This document shows, in pieces, positions 1 to 8,649 of a stretch of DNA of 64,000 nt. This stretch comes from a virus, in IMG/VR virus record IMGVR_UViG_3300032116_000062, positions 1-64,000 of that record, one strand, 5' to 3'. How positions within the stretch are numbered: position 1 is the first letter of the stretch; every line of letters begins with the position of its first letter. The notes under the pieces were generated by a model that saw only the letters and a list, made by a program, of their open reading frames with translations, ran no database searches and was not told the origin of the DNA. The translations under genes and the position numbers were made by a program.

Positions 1-18
1 AAAGTTTAATATAATGTT

Positions 19-582
19 ATGAAAAGAGTAGAATTGAATGGAACATACGGATACGAAAATTTTATATCAGATGAAGAACAAAACTTTTTATTAAATTGGG
101 TTTCAAAAAATGAAAGTTTATTTCATATTAACCAAACAGGAAGTGATACCGTAAATGCTCCATATGGATCTAGAAAAATGTGTATCTTATCTAATTTTAA
201 AAATGCACCTATTGAATTGGTAACCAATATAAAAAATAGAATAATAGATATTGAAAATATCGGTGAATGGATTGAAGAACCATATTTTAAAGATGCTATT
301 GGAATAAATGGGGAAGGTGGAGCAATACATACACATTCTGATCCAAATATAGATGGATATACTCACACTCGATACAATGTAATATTATCATATCCAATTG
401 AGGGTGGCCACTCCATATACGATGGCCGGATAAATATTTTAAAAGAAAAAATGGTATGGAAATGCGTTGCTGGCAAAGTAAAGCATGGTAGTACAAATGT
501 AGTGGGGCCAAAACCAAGAATAACATTAACTTTAGGATTTCAGATTAAAGATAAAGCAAAGCAAAAGAAAAGTTTAATATGA
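19..582 (+). CDS. 2OG-Fe(II) oxygenase superfamily protein
   Basis: HxD iron motif (HTHSD), distal His (KHG) and Arg in RITLTLGF, typical of the double-stranded beta-helix fold; ends KKSLI. Confidence 0.75.
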   Translation: MKRVELNGTYGYENFISDEEQNFLLNWVSKNESLFHINQTGSDTVNAPYGSRKMCILSNFKNAPIELVTNIKNRIIDIENIGEWIEEPYFKDAIGINGEGGAIHTHSDPNIDGYTHTRYNVILSYPIEGGHSIYDGRINILKEKMVWKCVAGKVKHGSTNVVGPKPRITLTLGFQIKDKAKQKKSLI

Positions 583-1028
583 AACGGTATGAACTGAACC
601 ATACGGAGATTATTAAAGAGCCTGAATTGTATTTTATCCATATATACAACAAAGTTTGGATGGAATCGTATAAAGATACTATTCAACTTTTAATTCATTA
701 TTTTAATGATGAATATACGTGGGATGGAATGTTCACATTGAATGATGTTGAGAATCGTATAAAAGAAGGACATAATTTATTTATACTATATGTTGATAAA
801 CGAGCAATCGGATATGTTTGGTTCAGAGAAATAGATAAAAATACATGCTTTGGATACAATCTATATGTAACTAAAAAAATTGATAGACCCAAATGGGCCG
901 CAAAGTGGTTTTATAATAAAGTATCTGAAATAATGCTAAAAAATTATAAAAAGATAAAAGTCGAAATAGAAGATTGGAATGGTGTGGTTATTGATATGGT
1001 AAAACGTATTGGATATAAAGAAATTTAA
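579..1028 (+). CDS. GNAT-family acetyltransferase-like protein
   Basis: 149 aa; IGYVWF strand, NLYV strand and C-terminal N...KRIGY pattern of GNAT motifs A/B. Confidence 0.6.
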   Translation: MKRYELNHTEIIKEPELYFIHIYNKVWMESYKDTIQLLIHYFNDEYTWDGMFTLNDVENRIKEGHNLFILYVDKRAIGYVWFREIDKNTCFGYNLYVTKKIDRPKWAAKWFYNKVSEIMLKNYKKIKVEIEDWNGVVIDMVKRIGYKEI

Positions 1029-1038
1029 ATTAAAAAAT

Positions 1039-1356
1039 ATGATTATAGTTCCTGAAACACCGATAACAGAAGCAAGTTTTGAAAAATGGAAGTCACACAA
1101 AATAGAAGTTACAGATGAAGAAGATAGTTACTTCTATTATATCATTCCACTAATAGATGTGGGTGAAGAAGAAATTATGGATATAGAGTCCGTTCCTGCA
1201 CTATTTAGTTCTGAATCAGATGAATTTGAAGATGAAAATGGTAATCGTATATTTACAATGCGTTTATTTGATGATGATTTACCTGAATTAACCACAGAAG
1301 AGGAAGTTGAAATTCTTTATAATATACTTACTAAAAAAGATTTAATATCCAAATAG
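1039..1356 (+). CDS. acidic hypothetical protein
   Basis: ORF; ATG at 1039 after an A-rich leader preferred over the track start at 1009. Confidence 0.6.
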   Translation: MIIVPETPITEASFEKWKSHKIEVTDEEDSYFYYIIPLIDVGEEEIMDIESVPALFSSESDEFEDENGNRIFTMRLFDDDLPELTTEEEVEILYNILTKKDLISK

Positions 1357-1358
1357 TA

Positions 1359-1985
1359 ATGAGAGTATTGATTATTGCACAACCAAGAACAGGAAGTACT
1401 ATATTTTCAAAATGGTTAAGTAAAGAACTATCTTTATTGTGGTTAGATGAACCGTTCAATAGACAACTAGGAATATGTATAGAACAGTTTTTTAATTCGG
1501 ATAATATACTTGCAAAAGTAATTTTTGAAGAAAAAAAAGGTGAGTGGTTTTATGACAAGAGAATTAAAAAAAATGATGATATATTATCATTAAATTGGGA
1601 TTATATATTTGTATTGACGAGATTAAATACAAAAGATCAGGCGATAAGTAAAATTTGGGCTAATGAAAATCAATGCTGGTCTGAAACAAAATATAAAATT
1701 GATGAGGAGTGGACAAATAGACGTGATAGAATAATAGAAAAACAAATAATAAAATTTGAAGAAGATAAAAAAATTATTGATTCCATAAATGCATACAAAC
1801 TAACATATGAAGAAATATATGAATCAAAATCTATTATAAATGATATAAAAAATATTTTTAATATAGATAGTTTTGAACATTTAGATGATTTATCAAAGGA
1901 AAATAGATATAGGAAATTCAATGATTATAATGGAGAAGATTTATTTGATAATTTCAAAAAAAAATCTTATATTAGAGTATTATAA
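1359..1985 (+). CDS. sulfotransferase-like protein (PAPS-dependent, Stf0-like)
   Basis: N-terminal IIAQPRTGST 5'-PSB loop, EPFN, LTR...QAIS 3'-PB-like segment, LTYEE. Confidence 0.7.
   Translation: MRVLIIAQPRTGSTIFSKWLSKELSLLWLDEPFNRQLGICIEQFFNSDNILAKVIFEEKKGEWFYDKRIKKNDDILSLNWDYIFVLTRLNTKDQAISKIWANENQCWSETKYKIDEEWTNRRDRIIEKQIIKFEEDKKIIDSINAYKLTYEEIYESKSIINDIKNIFNIDSFEHLDDLSKENRYRKFNDYNGEDLFDNFKKKSYIRVL
1944..1975 (+). promoter_or_regulatory. Bacteroidota-type sigma70 promoter (-33 TTTG / -7 TATATTAG)
   Basis: TTTG 1944-1947, 20-nt spacer, TATATTAG 1968-1975, upstream of the HD gene. Confidence 0.6.
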
Positions 1986-2001
1986 AGTTAAACTCTAAAG
2001 A

Positions 2002-2646
2002 ATGAAACAAAAAACAGAAGCCGAATTACAGGCAAATTACGAAAAATTTATTGCAGTATTAAAAAAGTATTTTACAGGTAAAAGACTTGAAAAACTACTT
2101 CATATGTACTCCGAAAAAGAATTAGGAATAAACCTAACCTTATCACCGGCTTCCGGTGCGGTTCAATACCACAATGCGTATATTGGGGGTTATATTGACC
2201 ACATTTTCAATGTAACAAAAAATGCTTTGAGAATGAAAGAAATGTTTATATCGGCGGGTGGTAACATAGATTTTACAGATGAAGAATTGGTATTTGCCTG
2301 TTTGCATCATGATTTGGGAAAATTGGGGGTTGCAGGTGAGATGCATTACCTACCAAACGATTCAGATTGGGAAATTAAAAAAGGCCATGTATTCAAGAGA
2401 AATGATAAAATTTCCTATATGACTCTTACTGATAGAACATTTTTTACTTTGAATGAATATGGGATATCTTACAATGAAAAAGAATATTTTGCTATAAAAC
2501 TAACCGATGGTATGTATGATGAGGATAATCAGAAATACCTAAAAGGACATGATATTAAAAAGCAATTGAGATACAAACTGCAATTCATTATGCATTGGGC
2601 AGACCACATGTCTACTATAATTGAAAGACAAGATGTCAAAATGTAA
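2002..2646 (+). CDS. HD-domain phosphohydrolase
   Basis: YHNAYIGGYIDH...LHHDLGK...HWAD motifs of HD (YhaM-like) proteins. Confidence 0.8.
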   Translation: MKQKTEAELQANYEKFIAVLKKYFTGKRLEKLLHMYSEKELGINLTLSPASGAVQYHNAYIGGYIDHIFNVTKNALRMKEMFISAGGNIDFTDEELVFACLHHDLGKLGVAGEMHYLPNDSDWEIKKGHVFKRNDKISYMTLTDRTFFTLNEYGISYNEKEYFAIKLTDGMYDEDNQKYLKGHDIKKQLRYKLQFIMHWADHMSTIIERQDVKM

Positions 2647-2686
2647 TGACATTATTACATAAAATTTGAATTGGTATAATAATTGA
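2634..2686 (+). promoter_or_regulatory. sigma54-like promoter (GG-N10-GA) with upstream inverted repeats, in front of hsp20
   Basis: TTGGTATAATAATTGAA at 2671-2687; TGTCA-N8-TGACA at 2634-2651; ATGTAAT/ATTACAT at 2641-2660. Confidence 0.45.
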
Positions 2687-2725
2687 ACATAATGTGTATA
2701 TTATTTAACCAAAAAATTAAAAACT

Positions 2726-3112
2726 ATGTATTACACACATTTTGACAAAATTTTAGACACACTATTTGATGACCAAATTGTTTGGAAAAATCACTCAACA
2801 ACATTTGTTCCATCCAAATTTGCAGTAGATGTTATTGATGATAGAGCACATATTGCACTATCTGTATTGGGTCATAATCCCGAAAACATTGATATCAACT
2901 GCTATGAAGATAGAATTGAAGTAAAGGCAAAAAAGAGTGAAGAAAAGTTACCTTTTAACCAATTAGTAGCCAATATCGATGAGAGAATTACTTTAGGTAA
3001 AGATTTAGATGGTAGAAATGCCAAAGCGGAAATTAAAAACGGTATTTTAACAATCGTTGTAGAAAGAAAAGAAGAATCTAAACCTAAAAAAATAAATTTG
3101 AAGGTATCTTAA
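2726..3112 (+). CDS. small heat-shock protein (Hsp20/alpha-crystallin)
   Basis: 128 aa; AEIKNGILTI motif and C-terminal KPKKINL (IxI-like) motif. Confidence 0.9.
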   Translation: MYYTHFDKILDTLFDDQIVWKNHSTTFVPSKFAVDVIDDRAHIALSVLGHNPENIDINCYEDRIEVKAKKSEEKLPFNQLVANIDERITLGKDLDGRNAKAEIKNGILTIVVERKEESKPKKINLKVS

Positions 3113-3300
3113 TTACGACTTCTTCGATATTTAAGTATTATTTTTAAAATTGTTATGAAAAGAACAATACCTACTGCAATTTTAGCAATTGGATCTTTTG
3201 ATATAGTATGCAATAGAGGTATTAATTTTTGTATAGATTCTATATAATAATCTATATCTAAAAGTTCATCCATATTAATGGATTGTAGTATGGTTTTCAT
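3109..3300 (-). CDS. small hypothetical membrane protein
   Basis: 63 aa with one hydrophobic segment and a basic tail; ATATTTAT motif just upstream on the - strand (3305-3312). Confidence 0.5.
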   Translation of the reverse strand: MKTILQSINMDELLDIDYYIESIQKLIPLLHTISKDPIAKIAVGIVLFITILKIILKYRRSRN

Positions 3301-3331
3301 AAGTATAAATATTTAAATACACAGTTTAAAA

Positions 3332-3363
3332 GTTGGAAAAATCGGTTATTTTTCGTATAATTG
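3332..3363 (+). promoter_or_regulatory. Bacteroidota-type sigma70 promoter-like element
   Basis: GTTG 3332-3335, 20-nt spacer, TATAATTG 3356-3363. Confidence 0.4.
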
Positions 3364-3366
3364 AAG

Positions 3367-3401
3367 AGGTAAGAATTTTTCTTACCTTTTTCTTTTTTTT
3401 T
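3367..3401 (+). terminator. rho-independent terminator
   Basis: AGGTAAGAA/TTCTTACCT stem (3367-3387) followed by a long T tract. Confidence 0.75.
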
Positions 3402-3430
3402 AAAAACATAAAAATAAAATATTTATACCT

Positions 3431-3607
3431 ATGATATACAACGAAAAAATACAAACTTTGTTAGAAGCACTCGATGGCAAATTGAGAATAATTCAAAATG
3501 TTGCCGCTGGTGCTCAACAACTAACTCCATCGGAAGTTAATACTACAATTGAGGATGCACGAAAAATAGTAGAACGTGTATCGGAGTTAGTTTCGATTAA
3601 TAGATAA
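3431..3607 (+). CDS. small hypothetical protein (58 aa, not in ORF track)
   Basis: MIYNEKIQTLLEALDGKLRII...VSINR*; ATATTTAT at 3419-3426 directly upstream; fills the gap before 3612. Confidence 0.7.
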   Translation: MIYNEKIQTLLEALDGKLRIIQNVAAGAQQLTPSEVNTTIEDARKIVERVSELVSINR

Positions 3608-3611
3608 TACT

Positions 3612-4766
3612 ATGAATTGGCTTAAGATTTTAGTCGGATTTTCCGCACTAATTATTGCAGGATGTGCGGCTTATTTTTCAGTAACAGGATTAGGTGTACT
3701 ATTCGCTGGAGCATCAGTTTCTGTTATGATAATGGCCTCTGCGTTGGAACTTGCAAAATTAGTTGCAGCTACTTATTTGAAACAAAAATGGGATGAAATT
3801 AGTGGATTTAACAAATGGTATATTACCATTTCGGTTGGAATTCTTATGCTAATCACATCTGCAGGTATTTTTGGTTATTTATCAAATGCGTTTCAGGCAC
3901 AATCTCTAAAATTACAAGTAGTAGATAGAGAAATTGCCGTACATGAAACAAAAATTACCGCAAATGAACAAAGGATTATACAATTTACCGAACAAATATC
4001 AGTTTTACAGCAAAATTCGGGTAAATTATTAGATAACGGCAAAGTAAACTCTCGTCTTATCCGTTCGGTTGATAACAGAGATAAAGAAATCTCAAAAATT
4101 AATGATAAAATCTCTAAATTACAAGAAGAAAATTCATTAGAAACAGAAAAAATCAATGAAATTAAGTTAAAAAATTTAGATTTAGAAAAAGAAGTTGGTG
4201 GGTTTCGTTTTGTAGCGGAAGCATTTGGGATGGAATTAAAAAATGTAGTAAAATTCTTCATATTTTTAATTGTAATTGTATTTGACCCACTTGCCGTTGC
4301 GTTAATTATCGCTTTCAACGGATTACTTTCTGATGGGAAAAGACGAAGAAGGGAGATTTTAACAGAAATGATGGAAAATGACGAAAAATTGGGGTTATAT
4401 GAAATCTATGGTGATAAAAAAGAAGATATAGTGGAAAATATTTCACAAAATACAGAAGATAGTGGAAAAAATTCTACAAAAGAAGAAGAAACGCAATCTA
4501 TATTGGAAAATAATTTAAGAATACCAATAGATTTGGATGGTGACGGAAACGTAGATGGATATGATACTGATGGTGATGGGTTGATTGATGAATTTACTCC
4601 AAAAACTGCTGCCAGAGCAAGAGAGATTAAGAATAAGTTACCATACTATGCAAGACCGGGATTTGATTGGTCCGATAAAACACAATGGATAAATGACCAA
4701 AACGCAGTTAATTACTGGCTAAAATATAAAAAGTCCCAAGAGGATGATTTAGTTAAAATTTACTAA
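3612..4766 (+). CDS. membrane protein with coiled coil and DxDxDG Ca-binding-like repeats
   Basis: three N-terminal TM segments, coiled coil, further TM (IVIVFDPLAVALIIA), C-terminal DLDGDGNVDGYDTDGDGLID. Confidence 0.7.
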   Translation: MNWLKILVGFSALIIAGCAAYFSVTGLGVLFAGASVSVMIMASALELAKLVAATYLKQKWDEISGFNKWYITISVGILMLITSAGIFGYLSNAFQAQSLKLQVVDREIAVHETKITANEQRIIQFTEQISVLQQNSGKLLDNGKVNSRLIRSVDNRDKEISKINDKISKLQEENSLETEKINEIKLKNLDLEKEVGGFRFVAEAFGMELKNVVKFFIFLIVIVFDPLAVALIIAFNGLLSDGKRRRREILTEMMENDEKLGLYEIYGDKKEDIVENISQNTEDSGKNSTKEEETQSILENNLRIPIDLDGDGNVDGYDTDGDGLIDEFTPKTAARAREIKNKLPYYARPGFDWSDKTQWINDQNAVNYWLKYKKSQEDDLVKIY

Positions 4767-4768
4767 AA

Positions 4769-4800
4769 TTTGGTATTTTAGATTATTTTTCTTATATTAG
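4769..4800 (+). promoter_or_regulatory. Bacteroidota-type sigma70 promoter
   Basis: TTTG 4769-4772, 20-nt spacer, TATATTAG 4793-4800, 5 nt before the uvsE ATG. Confidence 0.6.
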
Positions 4801-4805
4801 TACCT

Positions 4806-5747
4806 ATGAATATAGGATATGCATGTATTAATATGACAATGGGTAAGCACGTAACAACAAATCGTGCAATGGTTAAAAAAACCTTCAATACCAAAGGATT
4901 GGATTATGTTTCCGAACTTGCACTTAAAAATTCGGCAGACATTATTAAGATTTTAGAATGGAATAGATTAAATGGTATCTATTTCTTCCGATTATCTTCT
5001 GCAATCATTCCGTGGGGTGACCATATTGATTTAACCCAACTTAAAGATTACAAACAAATTAAGAGAGAACTCAAAAAAGCAGGTGATTTTGCTAAATTTC
5101 ACAATATGCGTATTAATTCGCATCCTGGTCCTTTTTGTGTACTTACTTCACCAAATGAAACCGTTGTAAACAATACAATAGCAGATTTGGAACTACATGG
5201 TAAGATATTTGATATGATGGGGTTATCTAAAACACCATACAATAACATTAATATTCATTGTAATGGGGTTTATGGAGATAAAAAGAGTGCAATGGATAGA
5301 TTCATCACCAACTTCAATAAGTGTTCTAATTCGGTTAAAACGAGGCTTACAATTGAGAATGATGATAAAGGTTCTATGTACTCCGTTAAGGATTTGATGT
5401 ACATTTACGAAAGAACAGGTATCCCCATTGTATTCGATTACCATCATCATCAGTTTTGTACAGGTGACCTTTCAGAAGAACAGGCATTAAAGTTAGCAGC
5501 AACAACCTGGCCTGAAGGAATCACGCAGGAAGTACATTATTCAGAATCAAAAGCTTTGCATGAGAATGATAGCAAACAAAAACCACAAGCACACTCCGAT
5601 TATATTAATGTTCTCCCCAATACATACGGATTAGATTTGGATATTATGGTTGAAGCAAAAGCAAAAGAATTAGCAATACTACCATTCATAGGTAAACAAA
5701 ATATGTGTGAATATAGTGGATTAAAATCAGTAGAATCATACGTTTAA
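4806..5747 (+). CDS. uvsE: UV DNA damage repair endonuclease UvsE/UvdE
   Basis: IGYACIN, FFRLSS, HPGPF, ENDD, FDYHHH, HYSES, AHSD and MVEAKAKE motifs. Confidence 0.93.
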   Translation: MNIGYACINMTMGKHVTTNRAMVKKTFNTKGLDYVSELALKNSADIIKILEWNRLNGIYFFRLSSAIIPWGDHIDLTQLKDYKQIKRELKKAGDFAKFHNMRINSHPGPFCVLTSPNETVVNNTIADLELHGKIFDMMGLSKTPYNNINIHCNGVYGDKKSAMDRFITNFNKCSNSVKTRLTIENDDKGSMYSVKDLMYIYERTGIPIVFDYHHHQFCTGDLSEEQALKLAATTWPEGITQEVHYSESKALHENDSKQKPQAHSDYINVLPNTYGLDLDIMVEAKAKELAILPFIGKQNMCEYSGLKSVESYV

Positions 5748-5764
5748 TTATTTAAAATTTATAT

Positions 5765-5938
5765 ATGAAAAATTATTTTGATTATTGGTATAAAAGAACC
5801 ATAAAAGATGGGTTGAAAGCAATCAAATTAGTAATAGGGTTGGGATTAGCAGTATCTTTTGGGTATTCCGTTAATTTGCCAATTGGTATTATGTTTTTTG
5901 GATGGGTATTGATTGAATCTCTTATAGAAAAAAATTAA
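5765..5938 (+). CDS. small membrane protein (57 aa, not in ORF track)
   Basis: MKNYFDYWYKRTIKDGLKAIKLVIGLGLAVSFG...IEKN*; two hydrophobic segments; fills the gap. Confidence 0.6.
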   Translation: MKNYFDYWYKRTIKDGLKAIKLVIGLGLAVSFGYSVNLPIGIMFFGWVLIESLIEKN

Positions 5939-5940
5939 TT

Positions 5941-6309
5941 ATGAAAAAATACGCATTATATATTGGAAGATGGCAGAATTGGCACAAAGGACATGAGTGG
6001 TTAATCCGCCAACAAATGGATAAAGGAAAGAATGTTTGGGTTGCAATTAGAGATGTGCAGGTGGATGAAAATAATCCAAAATCTGCTCAAGAAGTTTTAA
6101 TTATGTTACAAAATGAACCATTCTTTCAGAGTAATTGGGACAAACTATTTGTATCAATCATTCCTGATGTTGAAAGTGTAAACTATGGTAGAGGTGTAGG
6201 TTATGATGTTATCTATCACGAACCACCAACTGAAATTGCTGAAATAAGTGGAACTAAAATTAGAAAGGGAGTTATAGATAATAACGGAAATAGTATAGAT
6301 GTTTTATGA
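5941..6309 (+). CDS. HxGH nucleotidyltransferase (cytidyltransferase-like)
   Basis: IGRWQNWHKGH motif; C-terminal ISGTKIR. Confidence 0.8.
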   Translation: MKKYALYIGRWQNWHKGHEWLIRQQMDKGKNVWVAIRDVQVDENNPKSAQEVLIMLQNEPFFQSNWDKLFVSIIPDVESVNYGRGVGYDVIYHEPPTEIAEISGTKIRKGVIDNNGNSIDVL

Positions 6310-6848
6310 TTATAGTAGAAGAAAATTTTAATTTACTAGATTCGATTGAAAAAGATTCTATAAAAGAAAAATGTGATAATTTTATGATATCACAATCTCC
6401 AAATATGAATGGAGAAATGAAAAACTACTACAATAGGTTTACATTGAATCCGAATGCCAACGATTTAAAATCTATAAGTCAAAAAATATTATCCTATACA
6501 AAGGAAAAAATAAGATTATATTCATCCGATATGAGAGGGTGTGATATTCAAAATACAAAATCTATTTCTATAAATAGAATAGATACTACATCAAATACCA
6601 ATGATGGGTATCATTATGATGATTCAGATGTAACGTTTATTTTGTATTTAAATGATGAATTTGAAGGCGGTGAGTTTGAATATATTGATAACAAAAATAG
6701 TGTAAAAAAAATAAAACCTAAAAAAAATATGATTATCATTTCCAACGATAAAGTAAGTCATAGAGTTCTTCCCGTAGTAAGTGGTATTAGGTATAGTTTA
6801 ATTTATTTTTTTGATATTATAAAGAAAAAAGACAAAACACTAATATAA
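6306..6848 (+). CDS. 2OG-Fe(II) oxygenase (prolyl-4-hydroxylase-like)
   Basis: HYD, LYLNDEFEGGEF and HRVLPV...RYSL motifs; ends KTLI. Confidence 0.88.
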   Translation: MIIVEENFNLLDSIEKDSIKEKCDNFMISQSPNMNGEMKNYYNRFTLNPNANDLKSISQKILSYTKEKIRLYSSDMRGCDIQNTKSISINRIDTTSNTNDGYHYDDSDVTFILYLNDEFEGGEFEYIDNKNSVKKIKPKKNMIIISNDKVSHRVLPVVSGIRYSLIYFFDIIKKKDKTLI

Positions 6849-7060
6849 TGCCTTTAGTTAAAAGACATATAGCAAAAAGTATAAGTTATAGGTTTATAGG
6901 AACTATAACTACAATTATTCTTACCACAGTTGCCGGCCTTCCAATAAAGTGGGCAGGAATGGTGGGATTGGGAGAGTTAGTAATCAAACCAATAATATAC
7001 TTTCTACATGAGAGGATTTGGTATAAATTTATAAAATACGGATTAAAAAAAGAAAAATGA
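6848..7060 (+). CDS. DUF2061-like small membrane protein
   Basis: RHIAKSISYR...YFLHERIW signature. Confidence 0.8.
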   Translation: MPLVKRHIAKSISYRFIGTITTIILTTVAGLPIKWAGMVGLGELVIKPIIYFLHERIWYKFIKYGLKKEK

Positions 7061-7692
7061 AATTAGTAACTGAAAAAAACAAAAACGGATTTGAAACAAA
7101 TGAATTCAGGGAGTACTTAAAAACTCCATGTCCAAAAACAGAAATGACACAAGATGAAGTTGATATGCTTCGGGATACATTATCAATGGGATTATCAACT
7201 TACCCAGGTTTAGGGATATCCGCAACTCAATTGGGTATTAAAAAAAGAGCATGCCTAATAAGATTTGGTGATGAAGAATTATTTTTAGTAAACCCAATAA
7301 TAAAAGAAAAATCTAAAGAAGGGTTTCTTTTTTATGAAGGATGTTTATCAATACCAAGAACAATTGAAAAACCAATTCGTACAATAAGAGCTTGTAAAGT
7401 AGTTATTGATACTGATAATCTTGGAGAATTGACATTTGAAATAAATCCAGATGGTGATAAGGCAGGTGAACAAATTTCAAAAGAAACAATGATGACTGTT
7501 ATTGTTCAGCATGAAATTGATCATTTGGATGGATTTACAATTAGAGATAGGGTTTATAGTACCACATTGGTTAAATCAGAAAACTATGGTAGAAACGATA
7601 GAGTTGTAATGAAATCCCCCGATGGTGATATGGTTGAAGTTAAGTATAAAAAGGCAAATGATTATTTTTTAAAGGGGTATGAAATAGTTTAA
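7057..7692 (+). CDS. def: peptide deformylase with C-terminal extension
   Basis: GLGISATQLG, EGCLS and QHEIDHLDG, the three PDF motifs. Confidence 0.93.
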   Translation: MKLVTEKNKNGFETNEFREYLKTPCPKTEMTQDEVDMLRDTLSMGLSTYPGLGISATQLGIKKRACLIRFGDEELFLVNPIIKEKSKEGFLFYEGCLSIPRTIEKPIRTIRACKVVIDTDNLGELTFEINPDGDKAGEQISKETMMTVIVQHEIDHLDGFTIRDRVYSTTLVKSENYGRNDRVVMKSPDGDMVEVKYKKANDYFLKGYEIV

Positions 7693-7694
7693 TT

Positions 7695-7955
7695 ATGGAA
7701 ATTATAATAATATTTTTATTTGTAGTTTTAGTAGTTGCCGGATGGGCAGTTATTAACTTATTAAGAAAGTTAGAAAAATACGAAGATGAATTTGAGGATT
7801 ATCAAAAATTTATCGAAACAGAAACTCAAAAAAATGAAGCATTACTGGAGGCATTAAGGCAAATAGATCAACGCCAAATGTTTGAGAAGGATGATGATGT
7901 TGGTTCTATATTTTATCAAATAAAAGAAACTATTGAAAGATTCAAAAAACGTTAA
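7695..7955 (+). CDS. hypothetical protein, N-terminal TM anchor plus coiled coil
   Basis: hydrophobic N-terminus; FEKDDDVG motif. Confidence 0.6.
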   Translation: MEIIIIFLFVVLVVAGWAVINLLRKLEKYEDEFEDYQKFIETETQKNEALLEALRQIDQRQMFEKDDDVGSIFYQIKETIERFKKR

Positions 7956-7957
7956 AA

Positions 7958-8647
7958 ATGCCCAGAAAACCAAAAAATAAACAATACTTTACAAAAGATA
8001 CGGAAGATGCTATAATTGAGTATAATCTAACCGAAGATAAACTTATAAAAGATAAAATATATAGAGAAAGAATTAAATCTGCATTTGATAAACTCGCAGA
8101 GATAGTATATAACAAATGGAAATTTACCTACTTTGATGATGATCCACAAGATGTAATGAGTGAGGTTGTTACATTTATGATTGAAAAAATTCATATGTAT
8201 AAAGCCGGTAAAGGTAAAGCATTCTCATATTTTACAATCGTTGCAAGAAACTATCTTATCCTAAATAATAATGCAAATTATAAAAGATACAAAGATACAG
8301 ATGTAATTTCTAATATGCCAGAAAATTGGGATAAAGAAAATAATTTTAGAGAAGAAGTTCGGAACGATGAATATAGAGTTTTTAATAATCTAATGTTGGA
8401 GTATTGGGATAAACATTTAGAAAACTATTTTCCAAAAAAGAGAGATATGCAAATAGCAGATGCAGTACTGGAATTATTCAGACGTGCAGAGTACATAGAA
8501 AACTTTAATAAAAAATCATTATACCTTCTGATACGAGAAATGACAGGTCATCCAACTCATTATATTACAAAAGTTGTAAATAAAATGAAAGAAAAACAAA
8601 TGGATTTATATAATGAATTTGATATAACAGGAGATATAAAAATTTAA
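7958..8647 (+). CDS. phage sigma factor, T4 gp55-like (late transcription)
   Basis: K..YFT N-terminus and KAFSYFTIVARNYL, resembling the sigma region 2 (AYFT) of gp55-type factors. Confidence 0.65.
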   Translation: MPRKPKNKQYFTKDTEDAIIEYNLTEDKLIKDKIYRERIKSAFDKLAEIVYNKWKFTYFDDDPQDVMSEVVTFMIEKIHMYKAGKGKAFSYFTIVARNYLILNNNANYKRYKDTDVISNMPENWDKENNFREEVRNDEYRVFNNLMLEYWDKHLENYFPKKRDMQIADAVLELFRRAEYIENFNKKSLYLLIREMTGHPTHYITKVVNKMKEKQMDLYNEFDITGDIKI

Positions 8648-8649
8648 TT

